Source: an uncultured bacterium (lineage in GTDB: Bacteria > Patescibacteriota > Minisyncoccia > UBA6257 > 2-01-FULL-56-20). Taken from it: 64,000 nt of DNA. Every line of letters starts with the position of its first letter. Positions within the stretch are counted from its first letter, which is position 1. Location: NCBI GenBank assembly GCA_963707865.1, contig OY970175.1, forward strand, positions 80,748 through 144,747, read 5' to 3'. The notes below the pieces were generated by a model. The model was not told the DNA's origin. It worked only from the letters and a program-made list of their open reading frames with translations, and made no database searches. The translations under genes and the position numbers were made by a program. Positions 40,521-49,913 of this stretch are shown one piece after another.

Positions 40521-43031
40521 ATGGATGCCGAGATGCCCAATCTCACAGTGCTCGCGGGAAAAACGCCGGAGGAACTTTATCGCGCCTTCGGGACCTCTGC
40601 GAAGGGGCTCGCGCAGGCAGAAGCGGCGCGGCGGCTCAAGCAGTATGGGCCAAACGAATTCGCGGGAAAGAAGAAGCTCCGACCGCTTTTTATTTTCCTC
40701 TCCAAGTTCAAGAGCCCGCTCCTTATTTTACTTATCGTCGCCGCGATTATCTCGGGCGTGCTTGGTTCGCGGCTTGAAGCGGGCGTGATCATCGTGATCG
40801 TCCTCGCGAGCGCGCTCATTGATTTCGTAAATACCTACAAGTCCGCGAAGGCGGCGGAGGAATTGCAAGAGCGAGTGAACATCACCGCGGCAGTTCTCCG
40901 CGGCGGAGAGCTTAAAGAACGCAACATCCGCGATATCGTGCCCGGCGACGTTTTTGCGCTTGAAGCGGGGGACCTCGTACCGGCGGACGGGATCCTTCTT
41001 GAAGCGAAGGACCTCTTTTTGAACGAGAGCACGCTTACTGGGGAATCACTGCCGGTGGAAAAAGAGCTCGCGCCACTCGCAGCGGCGCCCGGAGCGCGGA
41101 TGCTCTTTCTCGGCACAAGCGTGGTTTCGGGCAAAGGCCTCGCGGTCGCCGCAGTCACGGGGAAAAAGACGAAGATGGGCGGCATTGCGGACAAACTGAA
41201 GCGCCCCGATACCCCTACGGAATTTGAAAAAAACCTTAAGGACTTCAGCTTGTTCATCTTCCGCACCACGCTCTTTCTCGTGCTTGCCGTGCTCCTTTTA
41301 AACATTTTCGTCATCAAGCACAATATGCTTGAACTATTCCTTTTTGCGGTTGCGATCGCGGTGGGGCTCACGCCGGAGCTTCTGCCCCTCATCGTCACGA
41401 GCAATCTTGCGAAGGGCGCGCTCCGGATGGAGAAAGGCGGCGTGATCGTAAAGAAGCTTGCCGCGCTCCACAACTTCGGGAGCATTGACGTGCTTTGCAC
41501 GGACAAGACCGGGACGCTCACCGAGGACCGTATCACGCTTATCAAGTGCCTTGACGTTGCGGGGAATGAGAGCGAGGAGGTGTTGTTCTTTGGGTATTTG
41601 AGCAGTAAGAATCTCACCGGCGTCCGCGGCGTGTTGGACCATGCCATTGAAGCGTACAAAAAAGTGGATGTGGCCGGCTGGGACAAGGTGGACGAGGTGC
41701 CGTTTGACGCGGAGCGTCGACTGGAATCAGTAGTGGTTGCGAAAGGGAATGAAACGGTCCTCATTGCGAAAGGTGCGCCGGAAAACGTTTTAAAGAATGC
41801 GGAAGGGCTTACCGAGGCGGACCACGAAAAAATCATCCATGAGTACGAGGTACTCTCAAGCGATGGCTTTCGCGTGCTCGGCCTGGGAGTAAAAAACGTC
41901 GCGCGAAAAGGGACGTCCTATACCAAAGAGGATGAGCGGGGACTTGTGTTCAAGGGATTCCTTGCGTTTCTTGATCCGCCGAAGCGGACCGTGAAAGAGG
42001 TCCTTAAAAAAATGGAGGATCACAACGTGGCGATCAAGATCATCACGGGAGACAATTTTTTGGTGACGAAAAAGATCGCAGAAGAGATCGGATTTCCCAT
42101 TGCAGGGGCGCTTACGGGGGATGAACTTGCGGAGCTGGACGAGCATCAATTGAGGGCTAAGGTGGAGTCGGCGAACGTGTTCACGCGCGTGACGCCGGAG
42201 CAGAAAGAGATGATTATCACTGCCCTCCGTGCGAACGGACACGTCACGGCCTACATGGGGGACGGCGTGAACGACGTGCTTTCTTTGAGGGCCGCGGACG
42301 TAGGCATTTCCGTCCAGAATGCGGTGGACATCGCGAAAGAAACGGCTGACATCATTCTTATGAGAAAAGGGCTTCGGGAGATCATTGAGGGCGTGGTGGA
42401 AGGGCGCCGGACTTTCGCGAATACATTCAAATATTTAATGATGGCGCTCTCTTCCAACTTCGGCAATATGTTCAGTATGCCGATCGCCTCCATTTTTTTG
42501 CCGTTCCTCCCCATGACCGCGCCGCAGATCCTTTTGAACAACTTATTGTATGATTCCTCGCAACTTGCAATTCCGTTCGATAACGTGGAAAAGGAATTCC
42601 TCGCGCGGCCGAAAAAGTTTGACGTCGGGTTCATGAAAAAGTTCATGGTTATCTTCGGCCCATTGAGCTCCTGTTTTGATTTCGTCACGTTCGGCGTGCT
42701 GTTTTTTGTTTTCCATGCAACCGGCGGGGTGTTCCAGACAGGGTGGTTTTTGGAGTCCATCGCGACGCAAACGTTCGTGGTCGGCATCATCAGGAATCGT
42801 GGCCGCTTTGGGAAAACCCCGCCGAGCGTGGCGCTTGCCGTGAGTACTGTCGTTGCGGTAGCCGTAGCATGGATCATCCCGTATTCTTTTCTCGGCGCTC
42901 CATTCGGGCTTGTAAAGCTCGGGTGGATCCCACTCGTGCTCATCACATGCATCGTCGTTGCCTATCTTACGGCAGTTGAGTTCGCAAAAAAATACTTCTA
43001 CCAGAAGTACGGGAGGTTGATCGAAAAATAA
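40521..43031 (+). CDS. mgtA: Magnesium-transporting P-type ATPase (MgtA-like)
   Basis: DKTGTLTED, MGDGVNDVLSLRAADVGISV, and about 10 TM helices. It lies adjacent to mgtC. Confidence 0.75.
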   Translation: MDAEMPNLTVLAGKTPEELYRAFGTSAKGLAQAEAARRLKQYGPNEFAGKKKLRPLFIFLSKFKSPLLILLIVAAIISGVLGSRLEAGVIIVIVLASALIDFVNTYKSAKAAEELQERVNITAAVLRGGELKERNIRDIVPGDVFALEAGDLVPADGILLEAKDLFLNESTLTGESLPVEKELAPLAAAPGARMLFLGTSVVSGKGLAVAAVTGKKTKMGGIADKLKRPDTPTEFEKNLKDFSLFIFRTTLFLVLAVLLLNIFVIKHNMLELFLFAVAIAVGLTPELLPLIVTSNLAKGALRMEKGGVIVKKLAALHNFGSIDVLCTDKTGTLTEDRITLIKCLDVAGNESEEVLFFGYLSSKNLTGVRGVLDHAIEAYKKVDVAGWDKVDEVPFDAERRLESVVVAKGNETVLIAKGAPENVLKNAEGLTEADHEKIIHEYEVLSSDGFRVLGLGVKNVARKGTSYTKEDERGLVFKGFLAFLDPPKRTVKEVLKKMEDHNVAIKIITGDNFLVTKKIAEEIGFPIAGALTGDELAELDEHQLRAKVESANVFTRVTPEQKEMIITALRANGHVTAYMGDGVNDVLSLRAADVGISVQNAVDIAKETADIILMRKGLREIIEGVVEGRRTFANTFKYLMMALSSNFGNMFSMPIASIFLPFLPMTAPQILLNNLLYDSSQLAIPFDNVEKEFLARPKKFDVGFMKKFMVIFGPLSSCFDFVTFGVLFFVFHATGGVFQTGWFLESIATQTFVVGIIRNRGRFGKTPPSVALAVSTVVAVAVAWIIPYSFLGAPFGLVKLGWIPLVLITCIVVAYLTAVEFAKKYFYQKYGRLIEK

Positions 43032-43045
43032 CTCTTTAAACGCGG

Positions 43046-43525
43046 CTACTGGAGGTCCTTTTCGTGCTGCCGCTCCAACCGTTCGGAGATGTCCATCTTG
43101 CGGAGGATGTAGAGTGCAAAGGCGATGATAACGGTAGCGACGGCGGCAAAGGGGACAAGCCCGATGCCAGCAAGCGTGCCGATCGCGGCGGTGAGCCAAA
43201 CGAGTGCGGCGGTCGTAAGGCCGCGCGGATGGTCGCCCATTTTGATGATAAGACCGGCGCCCAGGAAGCCGACGCCCACACCGATGTTTGCGATGATGCC
43301 GAAACTGTTCGTCTGCGCAAGGACGTCCACCGTGCCGCCGGACATCGTGGCGACAATATAGGGGAGCGTAAGTCCGATCATGGCGAAGATGGAAGCGCCA
43401 CCCGCGACGATCATTTCGGTCCGCACGCCGGCCTCTTTGCCAACAAGCTCGCGTTCCACCCCAAGAATTGCGCCAAGCACGAGGGCTACAATGAGCCGCG
43501 CGAGCATTTGTTCGAATGAGAGCAT
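43046..43525 (-). CDS. mgtC: MgtC/SapB family membrane protein
   Basis: MgtC N-domain pattern (ALVLGAILGVERE...GVRT..IVAGGASIFAMIG...GFLGAG). Confidence 0.8.
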   Translation of the reverse strand: MLSFEQMLARLIVALVLGAILGVERELVGKEAGVRTEMIVAGGASIFAMIGLTLPYIVATMSGGTVDVLAQTNSFGIIANIGVGVGFLGAGLIIKMGDHPRGLTTAALVWLTAAIGTLAGIGLVPFAAVATVIIAFALYILRKMDISERLERQHEKDLQ

Positions 43526-43554
43526 TGTATTACTATATTAGCATATTGCACGAA

Positions 43555-45003
43555 ATGAGAACGCCCGTTGCCGAAATTGTAAAGCACGAAGGAAAGGAGG
43601 TGGAACTTTTTGGCTGGGTACACGCGCGCCGCGACCACGGGAAACTTGTGTTTGTTGACCTCCGCGACCGGAGCGGATTGGCACAGGTAGTCTTCGGGCC
43701 GGGGATTAAAAGCGCTTCCGATCTACGCTTGGAGTACGTGGTCCGCGTGAAAGGCGAGGTCAAAAAGCGCCCGCCCGCGATGGTGAACGATAAGCTCCCG
43801 ACCGGCCACTACGAGGTGAGCGCGAAGGAATTAGAGATTTTGAATCCTGCGGAGCCGCTGCCGTTCCCGATAGACGATGCCGGATATGAGATCAACGAAG
43901 AGATTCGTTTGAAGTATCGTTATCTGGATTTGCGGCGCGAACGGCTCCAAAAGAATCTGATCGTGCGGCATAAGGTTATCACGTTCATCCGCGATTTCCT
44001 CGCAAAAAAAGGGTTTACTGAGATTGAGACCCCCGTGCTTTCAAAGTCAACGCCCGAAGGCGCGCGCGATTATCTTGTGCCATCCCGCATTGATAAGGGG
44101 TATTTTTACGCACTGCCGCAATCGCCGCAGCAATACAAGCAGCTGCTGATGGTGGCGGGCATGGAGAAATATTTCCAGATCGTGCGGTGTTTCCGCGACG
44201 AGGACACGCGCGGCGACCGCCAGCCGGAATTCACACAGCTGGATCTGGAGATGAGCTTCGTGACACAAGAGGATATCTTGAGTCTTACCGAAGAACTCTA
44301 TCTCAGTACGGTGAAGGAACTTTTCCCCGAGAAACACGTGAGCATGTTGGATGTTCGCGGCAAAATTCCTCGATTGAAATACAAAGACGTAATGGCAGAG
44401 CATCGCTCCGACAAGCCGGATTTGCGCAAAAACAAGAATGATCCAAACGAACTTGCCTTCGCGTTCATCACGGATTTCCCGATGTTCGAAAAGAAAGGCG
44501 ATGGATCGCTCGGCGCCGTGCATCACCCGTTCACTTTGCCTTCCACCGATACGTCGCTGGATCCCACGAGGTTCCAGCACAAAGATTATCCGGAGTATCA
44601 GGCATTGATGAAGATGCTGGACTCTGAAAAAGAATCGCTCACACTCTCGGCATACCAATACGACTTTGTTTGTAATGGCTACGAGATCGGCGGCGGTTCC
44701 ATCCGTATCTACAACCAGGAGCTTTTGGCAAGGGTATTCGAGCGGCTCGGCAACAAGCTGGAAGACGTGCGCCGCGACTTCGGCCACATGCTTGAAGCGT
44801 TCACCTACGGCGTTCCACCGCATGGCGGCATTGCGCCGGGGATTGACCGCTTCATCATGGTCCTGCAAAACGAGCCGAACATCCGCGAGGTCATCGCGTT
44901 CCCAAAAACCGGCGACGGCCGCGATCCAATGATGGGCTCTCCCTCCGAGGTGGACAAAGCGCAGCTCGATGAATTAGGATTGGAAATTAAGAAAAAGAAA
45001 TGA
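43555..45003 (+). CDS. aspS: Aspartyl-tRNA synthetase (short, archaeal/ND-type length)
   Basis: An N-terminal OB fold (ELFGWVHARRDHGKLVFVDLRD) and class II motifs (FRDEDTRGDRQPEFTQLD, GGGSIRI, GIDR). Confidence 0.9.
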   Translation: MRTPVAEIVKHEGKEVELFGWVHARRDHGKLVFVDLRDRSGLAQVVFGPGIKSASDLRLEYVVRVKGEVKKRPPAMVNDKLPTGHYEVSAKELEILNPAEPLPFPIDDAGYEINEEIRLKYRYLDLRRERLQKNLIVRHKVITFIRDFLAKKGFTEIETPVLSKSTPEGARDYLVPSRIDKGYFYALPQSPQQYKQLLMVAGMEKYFQIVRCFRDEDTRGDRQPEFTQLDLEMSFVTQEDILSLTEELYLSTVKELFPEKHVSMLDVRGKIPRLKYKDVMAEHRSDKPDLRKNKNDPNELAFAFITDFPMFEKKGDGSLGAVHHPFTLPSTDTSLDPTRFQHKDYPEYQALMKMLDSEKESLTLSAYQYDFVCNGYEIGGGSIRIYNQELLARVFERLGNKLEDVRRDFGHMLEAFTYGVPPHGGIAPGIDRFIMVLQNEPNIREVIAFPKTGDGRDPMMGSPSEVDKAQLDELGLEIKKKK

Positions 45004-46070
45004 AAGATCTGGAATTTCCCATTTTTAAAACTAAGGTTCAGGGAGTCACTAAAGAATTCAACTTGAACGACCTGGACGAGCGCCGCGAATACTTTTTGCT
45101 GAAAGCGGGCGAGGAAATTGCGGCGATCAAGAAGCACCTGGAAAGCGGAAAGGCCTTTGTGGCGTATCTTTTAGGAAAGAAAAATTCCGGGAAAGGGACG
45201 TACTCCAAGCTTTTCATGGAAGCGGTAGGCAACACCCACGTCGGCCACATTGCGGTGGGGGATATCGTCCGGGACGTGCACGCGGGACTTTCGGATCCGG
45301 CAAAGAAAAACGACCTTTCCAAGTTCTTGGAAAAGCATTATCGCGGCTTTCACTCATTGGAAGAAATAGATGGGTTGATCGAGGGGCGGAGCCAGTCCAC
45401 GCTCGTTTCCACCGAGCTCATCATCGCTCTTTTGAAATACGAGGTGAGCAAGCGGCCGCGGCAGGCACTCTTTATTGACGGGTTCCCGCGCGGGCTGGAC
45501 CAGGTCAATTATTCCATCTTTTTGAGGGAACTTTTGGGGTACCATGGCGAACCGGACTTCTTCGTGTTCATTGATGTTCCGAACACCGTCATTGACGAGC
45601 GCATCAAAACGCGCGTGGTGTGCCCCATTTGCAAGGTTCCCCGCAATACAAAATTGGCTCCCACGAAAGAGATCGGCTACGACGAAACGAAAAAGGTGTT
45701 TTATCTAAGGTGCGATACTCCGTCGTGCCACGGAGCGCGGATGTTGCCAAAGGAGGGCGATGAACTTGGGATTGAGCCGATCCGCGCCCGCTTGGAGGCC
45801 GACGAGAAAATATTCCGGCAGCTCTTCACGCTCACCGGCGTTCCAAAGGTGTTCCTAAGAAACTCGGTGCCGGTGGACAAGGCGGCCGATTTTGTGGACG
45901 ACTATGAAATCACTCCCGTGTACGGCTACGAGAGGGATGAGAAAACGAAGAAGATCAAAATTATTGAGACCCCTTGGATCATCGACGACGACGGGGTGCC
46001 TTCCTACAGTTTGTTGCCCGCGCCCGTTGCGCTGTCGCTCGTGAAGCAAGTTGCAAAAATTCTTGCATGA
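45000..46070 (+). CDS. Adenylate kinase family protein with N/C extensions and enlarged Zn-LID
   Basis: P-loop GKKNSGKGT, GDIVRD, FIDGFPRGLDQ, and a LID with CPICK...CDTPSCHG. At 356 aa it is much longer than the usual ~215. Confidence 0.6.
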   Translation: MKDLEFPIFKTKVQGVTKEFNLNDLDERREYFLLKAGEEIAAIKKHLESGKAFVAYLLGKKNSGKGTYSKLFMEAVGNTHVGHIAVGDIVRDVHAGLSDPAKKNDLSKFLEKHYRGFHSLEEIDGLIEGRSQSTLVSTELIIALLKYEVSKRPRQALFIDGFPRGLDQVNYSIFLRELLGYHGEPDFFVFIDVPNTVIDERIKTRVVCPICKVPRNTKLAPTKEIGYDETKKVFYLRCDTPSCHGARMLPKEGDELGIEPIRARLEADEKIFRQLFTLTGVPKVFLRNSVPVDKAADFVDDYEITPVYGYERDEKTKKIKIIETPWIIDDDGVPSYSLLPAPVALSLVKQVAKILA

Positions 46071-46076
46071 ACGCGG

Positions 46077-46598
46077 GTGGGAAAGTTTTCAATGCGCGAT
46101 AGCATGCGCGACACAGTCCTTTGTTTACCGCTTACGGAAGATTCCATACTACTTGGCATGAAGAAGCGTGGCTTCGGCGCAGGACGCTGGAACGGCATGG
46201 GCGGGAAGCCGAAGCGGGAGGAATCTGTTGAAATGGCGGCGGTGCGGGAATTGGAAGAGGAGATCGGCCTAAAGGCTTCTGTGGGCGATCTCAAAAAATG
46301 CGCCGTTTTGGATTTCTTTTTTGAACATAAATCTGACTGGGACCAGCGCGTGCATGTCTTTTTTGTAAAACGGTGGGAGGGTGAGCCGACCGAATCCGAA
46401 GAAATGCGGCCGCAGTGGTTTTCGTTCAAGGAGATTCCGTTTGATATTATGTGGCCAGACGACCGGCACTGGCTGCCCGAAGTATTGCAGGGAAAATTAA
46501 TTACGGGAAAATTTCATTTTGCCGACGATGGAAACATGATCGCTAAGTACGAGATTACGGAAATGAAAAAAGGAGAACTGCCGCAAGAACGTTCGTAA
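46077..46598 (+). CDS. NUDIX hydrolase (MutT-like)
   Basis: Nudix box GGKPKREESVEMAAVRELEEEIGL. Confidence 0.8.
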   Translation: MGKFSMRDSMRDTVLCLPLTEDSILLGMKKRGFGAGRWNGMGGKPKREESVEMAAVRELEEEIGLKASVGDLKKCAVLDFFFEHKSDWDQRVHVFFVKRWEGEPTESEEMRPQWFSFKEIPFDIMWPDDRHWLPEVLQGKLITGKFHFADDGNMIAKYEITEMKKGELPQERS

Positions 46599-46715
46599 GG
46601 GCATCTCGGAGCCACGGCGGCTTGACCCAGCACCACTTTTGCTTTGCAAAAGTGGTGCTGGGTGCCGTGGCGAGAGCGAGGCGCATTTCCCCGCTGGAGG
46701 AAATGATGCCGTCCC

Positions 46716-47462
46716 TTACGAGCGTTCTTGCGGCGGGAGCCCTTTCGCGAACGCAGCGACGATGGGGTCCATATCGCCGTCCAGGATCTTTAGAATGTTG
46801 TGCCACTTCTTCCCGAGGCGGTGGTCAGTGATGCGATCGTCGGGGAAATTATAGGTGCGGATCTTTTCCGAGCGGTCGGCGGTGCCGACCTGCTCCCGGC
46901 GGAGGTCGGTTACGGAGCCTACCGCTTTGTGCTGTTCCATTTCGTATAGTTTCGCGCGGAGAACATCCATCGCTTTCTCGCGGTTCGCGTACTGTGAGCG
47001 CTCCTCGCGCGAAGAAACGACAATACCGGTTGGCTTGTGAAGAATCCGCACGGCAGTCTCCACCTTGTTTACGTTCTGTCCTCCCGGGCCACCCGCGCGC
47101 GAAAAGGTCACTTCAAGGTCGCTTGGCGCAATGTTCACCTCGCGCGCTTCCACAATTGGTAACACGGCCACCGAAGCGGTGGAGGTGTGCACGCGGCCGG
47201 ATTTTTCCGTTGCCGGGATCCGTTGCACGCGGTGTACGCCTGATTCGTTCCGAAGCGCCTCGTAGCACCCCGCGCCTCGCACTTCGGCCACGAGCGACTT
47301 GAACCCCTGGAGCGAAGTTGCGTTCGAGTCAAGCACGGAAAATGCCCAGCCCCGTTTTACGACATAGCGTTGGTACATGCGCGCCAGGTCACCCGCGAAA
47401 ATCGCGGCCTCATCGCCGCCCGCGCCAGCCCGTATTTCCAGGATGATCTTTCCCGTCGTCAT
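46716..47462 (-). CDS. prfA: Peptide chain release factor 1 lacking N-terminal domain 1 (249 aa)
   Basis: RIPATE (PxT codon-recognition motif of RF1), GGQ ([29 protein letters not shown]). It begins at the equivalent of E. coli RF1 residue ~110 ([13 protein letters not shown]). The in-frame upstream stretch is only 37 aa and low-complexity. Confidence 0.75.
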   Translation of the reverse strand: MTTGKIILEIRAGAGGDEAAIFAGDLARMYQRYVVKRGWAFSVLDSNATSLQGFKSLVAEVRGAGCYEALRNESGVHRVQRIPATEKSGRVHTSTASVAVLPIVEAREVNIAPSDLEVTFSRAGGPGGQNVNKVETAVRILHKPTGIVVSSREERSQYANREKAMDVLRAKLYEMEQHKAVGSVTDLRREQVGTADRSEKIRTYNFPDDRITDHRLGKKWHNILKILDGDMDPIVAAFAKGLPPQERS

Positions 47463-47493
47463 TGTTTTGTATGATATAATATATAGTACATCA

Positions 47494-47883
47494 ATGACAG
47501 GGCAACCGTTCGTGCTTATTGTTGACGACGAAGCGGACTTTCGCGAGATTTTCGGAACCAAACTTTCTGCCATGGGTTATCGTGTGGCTACCGCGGAGGA
47601 CGGACAGGCGGCGCTCCTTAAAATGGCGAAAGAAAAACCGGATCTCGTCCTTATGGACGTCAAGATGCCGACAATGGATGGGGCGACCGCGGTGCTCAAA
47701 ATGAAAGAAGACCCGGCACTGAAAGACATCAAAGTGGCGTTTCTTACGAGCTTGGGCGATCCGCGCCTTGATGTGCAGGATATCAGCCGAAAGTTTTCCG
47801 AAGAATTCGGCGCACAGGGATACCTCAAAAAGACCGACGACCTTGACGTGCTTGCGGAAAAGATAAAGGCGCTGCTTCCATGA
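47494..47883 (+). CDS. Response regulator, receiver domain only (CheY-like)
   Basis: VLIVDDE, the phospho-acceptor D in LMDVKMP, and conserved T/K positions. A TATAAT sits 14 nt upstream of the ATG. Confidence 0.8.
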   Translation: MTGQPFVLIVDDEADFREIFGTKLSAMGYRVATAEDGQAALLKMAKEKPDLVLMDVKMPTMDGATAVLKMKEDPALKDIKVAFLTSLGDPRLDVQDISRKFSEEFGAQGYLKKTDDLDVLAEKIKALLP

Positions 47884-48278
47884 GGGAAAGGCCGCTTGTC
47901 CTCATTGTTGACGACGAGCACGATCTTCTTGAAATTATGTCTGTGAAGCTTCGGGCGTCCGGCTTTGATCCGGTGGTGGCCTACAATGCCAAAGAAGGAA
48001 TTGACGCCGCAACGAAGTTGCATCCCGACCTTGTTCTTATGGACATCCATATGCCCGGCGGGGAGACTGGCACCGACGCGGCGCTTGCGATCAAGCAGAA
48101 TCCGGAAACAAAAGACACAAGAATCGCGTTTCTGAGCAACCTGAAAGATCCGTGGCCCACGACCCTGGGCGACCGTGACAAGCTCGCGAAGGAATTGGGA
48201 ATGGAGGATTACATTGATAAAACCGCGGACCTGAATGTGATCGTGGCAAGGGTACGGGAAGTGCTTGGGAAAAAGTGA
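47880..48278 (+). CDS. Response regulator, receiver domain only (second)
   Basis: VLIVDDEHD and LVLMDIHMPG. ATGA overlap with the upstream receiver gene. Confidence 0.8.
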   Translation: MRERPLVLIVDDEHDLLEIMSVKLRASGFDPVVAYNAKEGIDAATKLHPDLVLMDIHMPGGETGTDAALAIKQNPETKDTRIAFLSNLKDPWPTTLGDRDKLAKELGMEDYIDKTADLNVIVARVREVLGKK

Positions 48279-48318
48279 CCCTCGCCGCTGGTGGCGAGGG
48301 CCTTGAAGAGGACTAATG

Positions 48319-48939
48319 CTAAGCCTCGTCCACAGAGCGGACTGAGGGGGTAGCGTTCACTCTTCTAAGTAGTGCAAGCATTACAGTGAAGAAAAAGGCA
48401 GCAATACATGCGAAAACTCTGACGCGCCACGGGAGAAATGTAAGGATTTTCCCCCAAAGCAAGTTTCTTGCGGTGCTCGCTCCGAGCGCAAATACTAACG
48501 CAAGCCGCTTGTTCAGGTTGAGAATTCTCCCGAGGATTACGCCCGGCAGGATCCCAGCCAAGCCCATGATTCCAAGTACAAAGAGGTAACGCAACAATCC
48601 GCATTGCCCCTCGCCTTGCTTGATCCTGTCTGCAGACGGTTGGTGGTTTGTCACCCATCTCTTCAGGATAGGAAACCTTTGGAGGTCCTGAATGGGAGTG
48701 AAGACAAAAAACCACAAATTGAACGCAGAGAGATCCCCAATCGCGGTCGCGACAAGGGTCGCTTGGCCGAGTGTTAAACCTCGCATCTGCCATAATACGA
48801 AACTACTCTCACTCGCCCAGTAGGTCCAAAACCCAAGGCCCGCGAGTCTGGGATCCCGAAAGAATATCGTGCTCCAGGCGACAATTATGACAACCATAAC
48901 TGTTGCCCAAACGTTCCATCTGCTTACCTTCGCCACCAT
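48319..48939 (-). CDS. Hypothetical multi-pass membrane protein
   Basis: 206 aa with 5-6 hydrophobic helices. No family could be assigned. Confidence 0.45.
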   Translation of the reverse strand: MVAKVSRWNVWATVMVVIIVAWSTIFFRDPRLAGLGFWTYWASESSFVLWQMRGLTLGQATLVATAIGDLSAFNLWFFVFTPIQDLQRFPILKRWVTNHQPSADRIKQGEGQCGLLRYLFVLGIMGLAGILPGVILGRILNLNKRLALVFALGASTARNLLWGKILTFLPWRVRVFACIAAFFFTVMLALLRRVNATPSVRSVDEA

Positions 48940-49045
48940 TCATCACCCCCAAGGAAAATTTGACAAACCACGCCTCAATAGCTTCCCTGAGCCTACCGCA
49001 TCATTCAACTTTTGAAAAGGCGCCGCCGCCTGGTACTATGTAAGC

Positions 49046-49801
49046 ATGAGCGCTGATATTGATGAGCTTCGTAAAAAACTGGAAGAGGACAACAGGAAGC
49101 TCAAGGACCTGAACCACTTCAAGACGCATCTTCTCGCGCTCACGTCGCATCAGATGAAGACGCCCCTAGGCATCATCCGCGGCTACACGGCGCTCTTGCG
49201 CGACGGCTATTACGGTGAGATAGACAATCGTGCGAGAGAGGTCATCGCAAAAATTGAGTTTGCGGCCGAAGACCTCGTGAACCTTGTGGACAACGTGATA
49301 GATCTCCGCAAGATTGAGGAGGGGAGAGTTGAATACCAGATGCAGGACACTGATTTTGTAAGGCTTGCGCGGCAGGCGGCGGAGGAACTGGGCCATCTTG
49401 CGTCAAGCAAGGGCCTGAATTTGGAATTCCAGGCGCCGCAGAAAGAGATTGTGATTTATGGCGACGAGCAAAAACTGCAGCACGTTATAAAAAATTTGAT
49501 TGACAACGCAGTGAAGTACACCGAAAAAGGTTTTGTAAAGGTGAGCGTGGAAGAGAGGGACGGCAATGTCATGCTTTCGGTCGCGGATTCCGGGATCGGC
49601 ATTCCGAAAGGAGTCCAGCCGTTTTTGTTTGGGGAGTTCGTCCGCGACGAGCGCGTGAAGCGCGAGATCCGCGGCAGCGGCTTGGGCCTCCACGTCGCGA
49701 AGATGTTTGTAGAAGCCCATGAAGGAAAAATTTCGGCATCCTCCGAAGGCGAGGGTAAGGGCTCTGTATTTTCGTTCAGTATTCCGAAAGTAAGGAAGTA
49801 G
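49046..49801 (+). CDS. Sensor histidine kinase (cytoplasmic, coiled-coil N-terminus)
   Basis: H-box LTSHQMKTPL, N-box NLIDNAVKYT, and G-boxes DSGIGIP, GSGLGL. Confidence 0.8.
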   Translation: MSADIDELRKKLEEDNRKLKDLNHFKTHLLALTSHQMKTPLGIIRGYTALLRDGYYGEIDNRAREVIAKIEFAAEDLVNLVDNVIDLRKIEEGRVEYQMQDTDFVRLARQAAEELGHLASSKGLNLEFQAPQKEIVIYGDEQKLQHVIKNLIDNAVKYTEKGFVKVSVEERDGNVMLSVADSGIGIPKGVQPFLFGEFVRDERVKREIRGSGLGLHVAKMFVEAHEGKISASSEGEGKGSVFSFSIPKVRK

Positions 49802-49913
49802 GGCGGAGAATTTTAAAAAAGTTTAAGGGGCAAACGCGGTGTTCGCGTTGCCCCTTTGATTCCTGACAGCCGACGGGAGTGCAGGGATTCCCGTCGGGAA
49901 AAAGAACAGCTGG

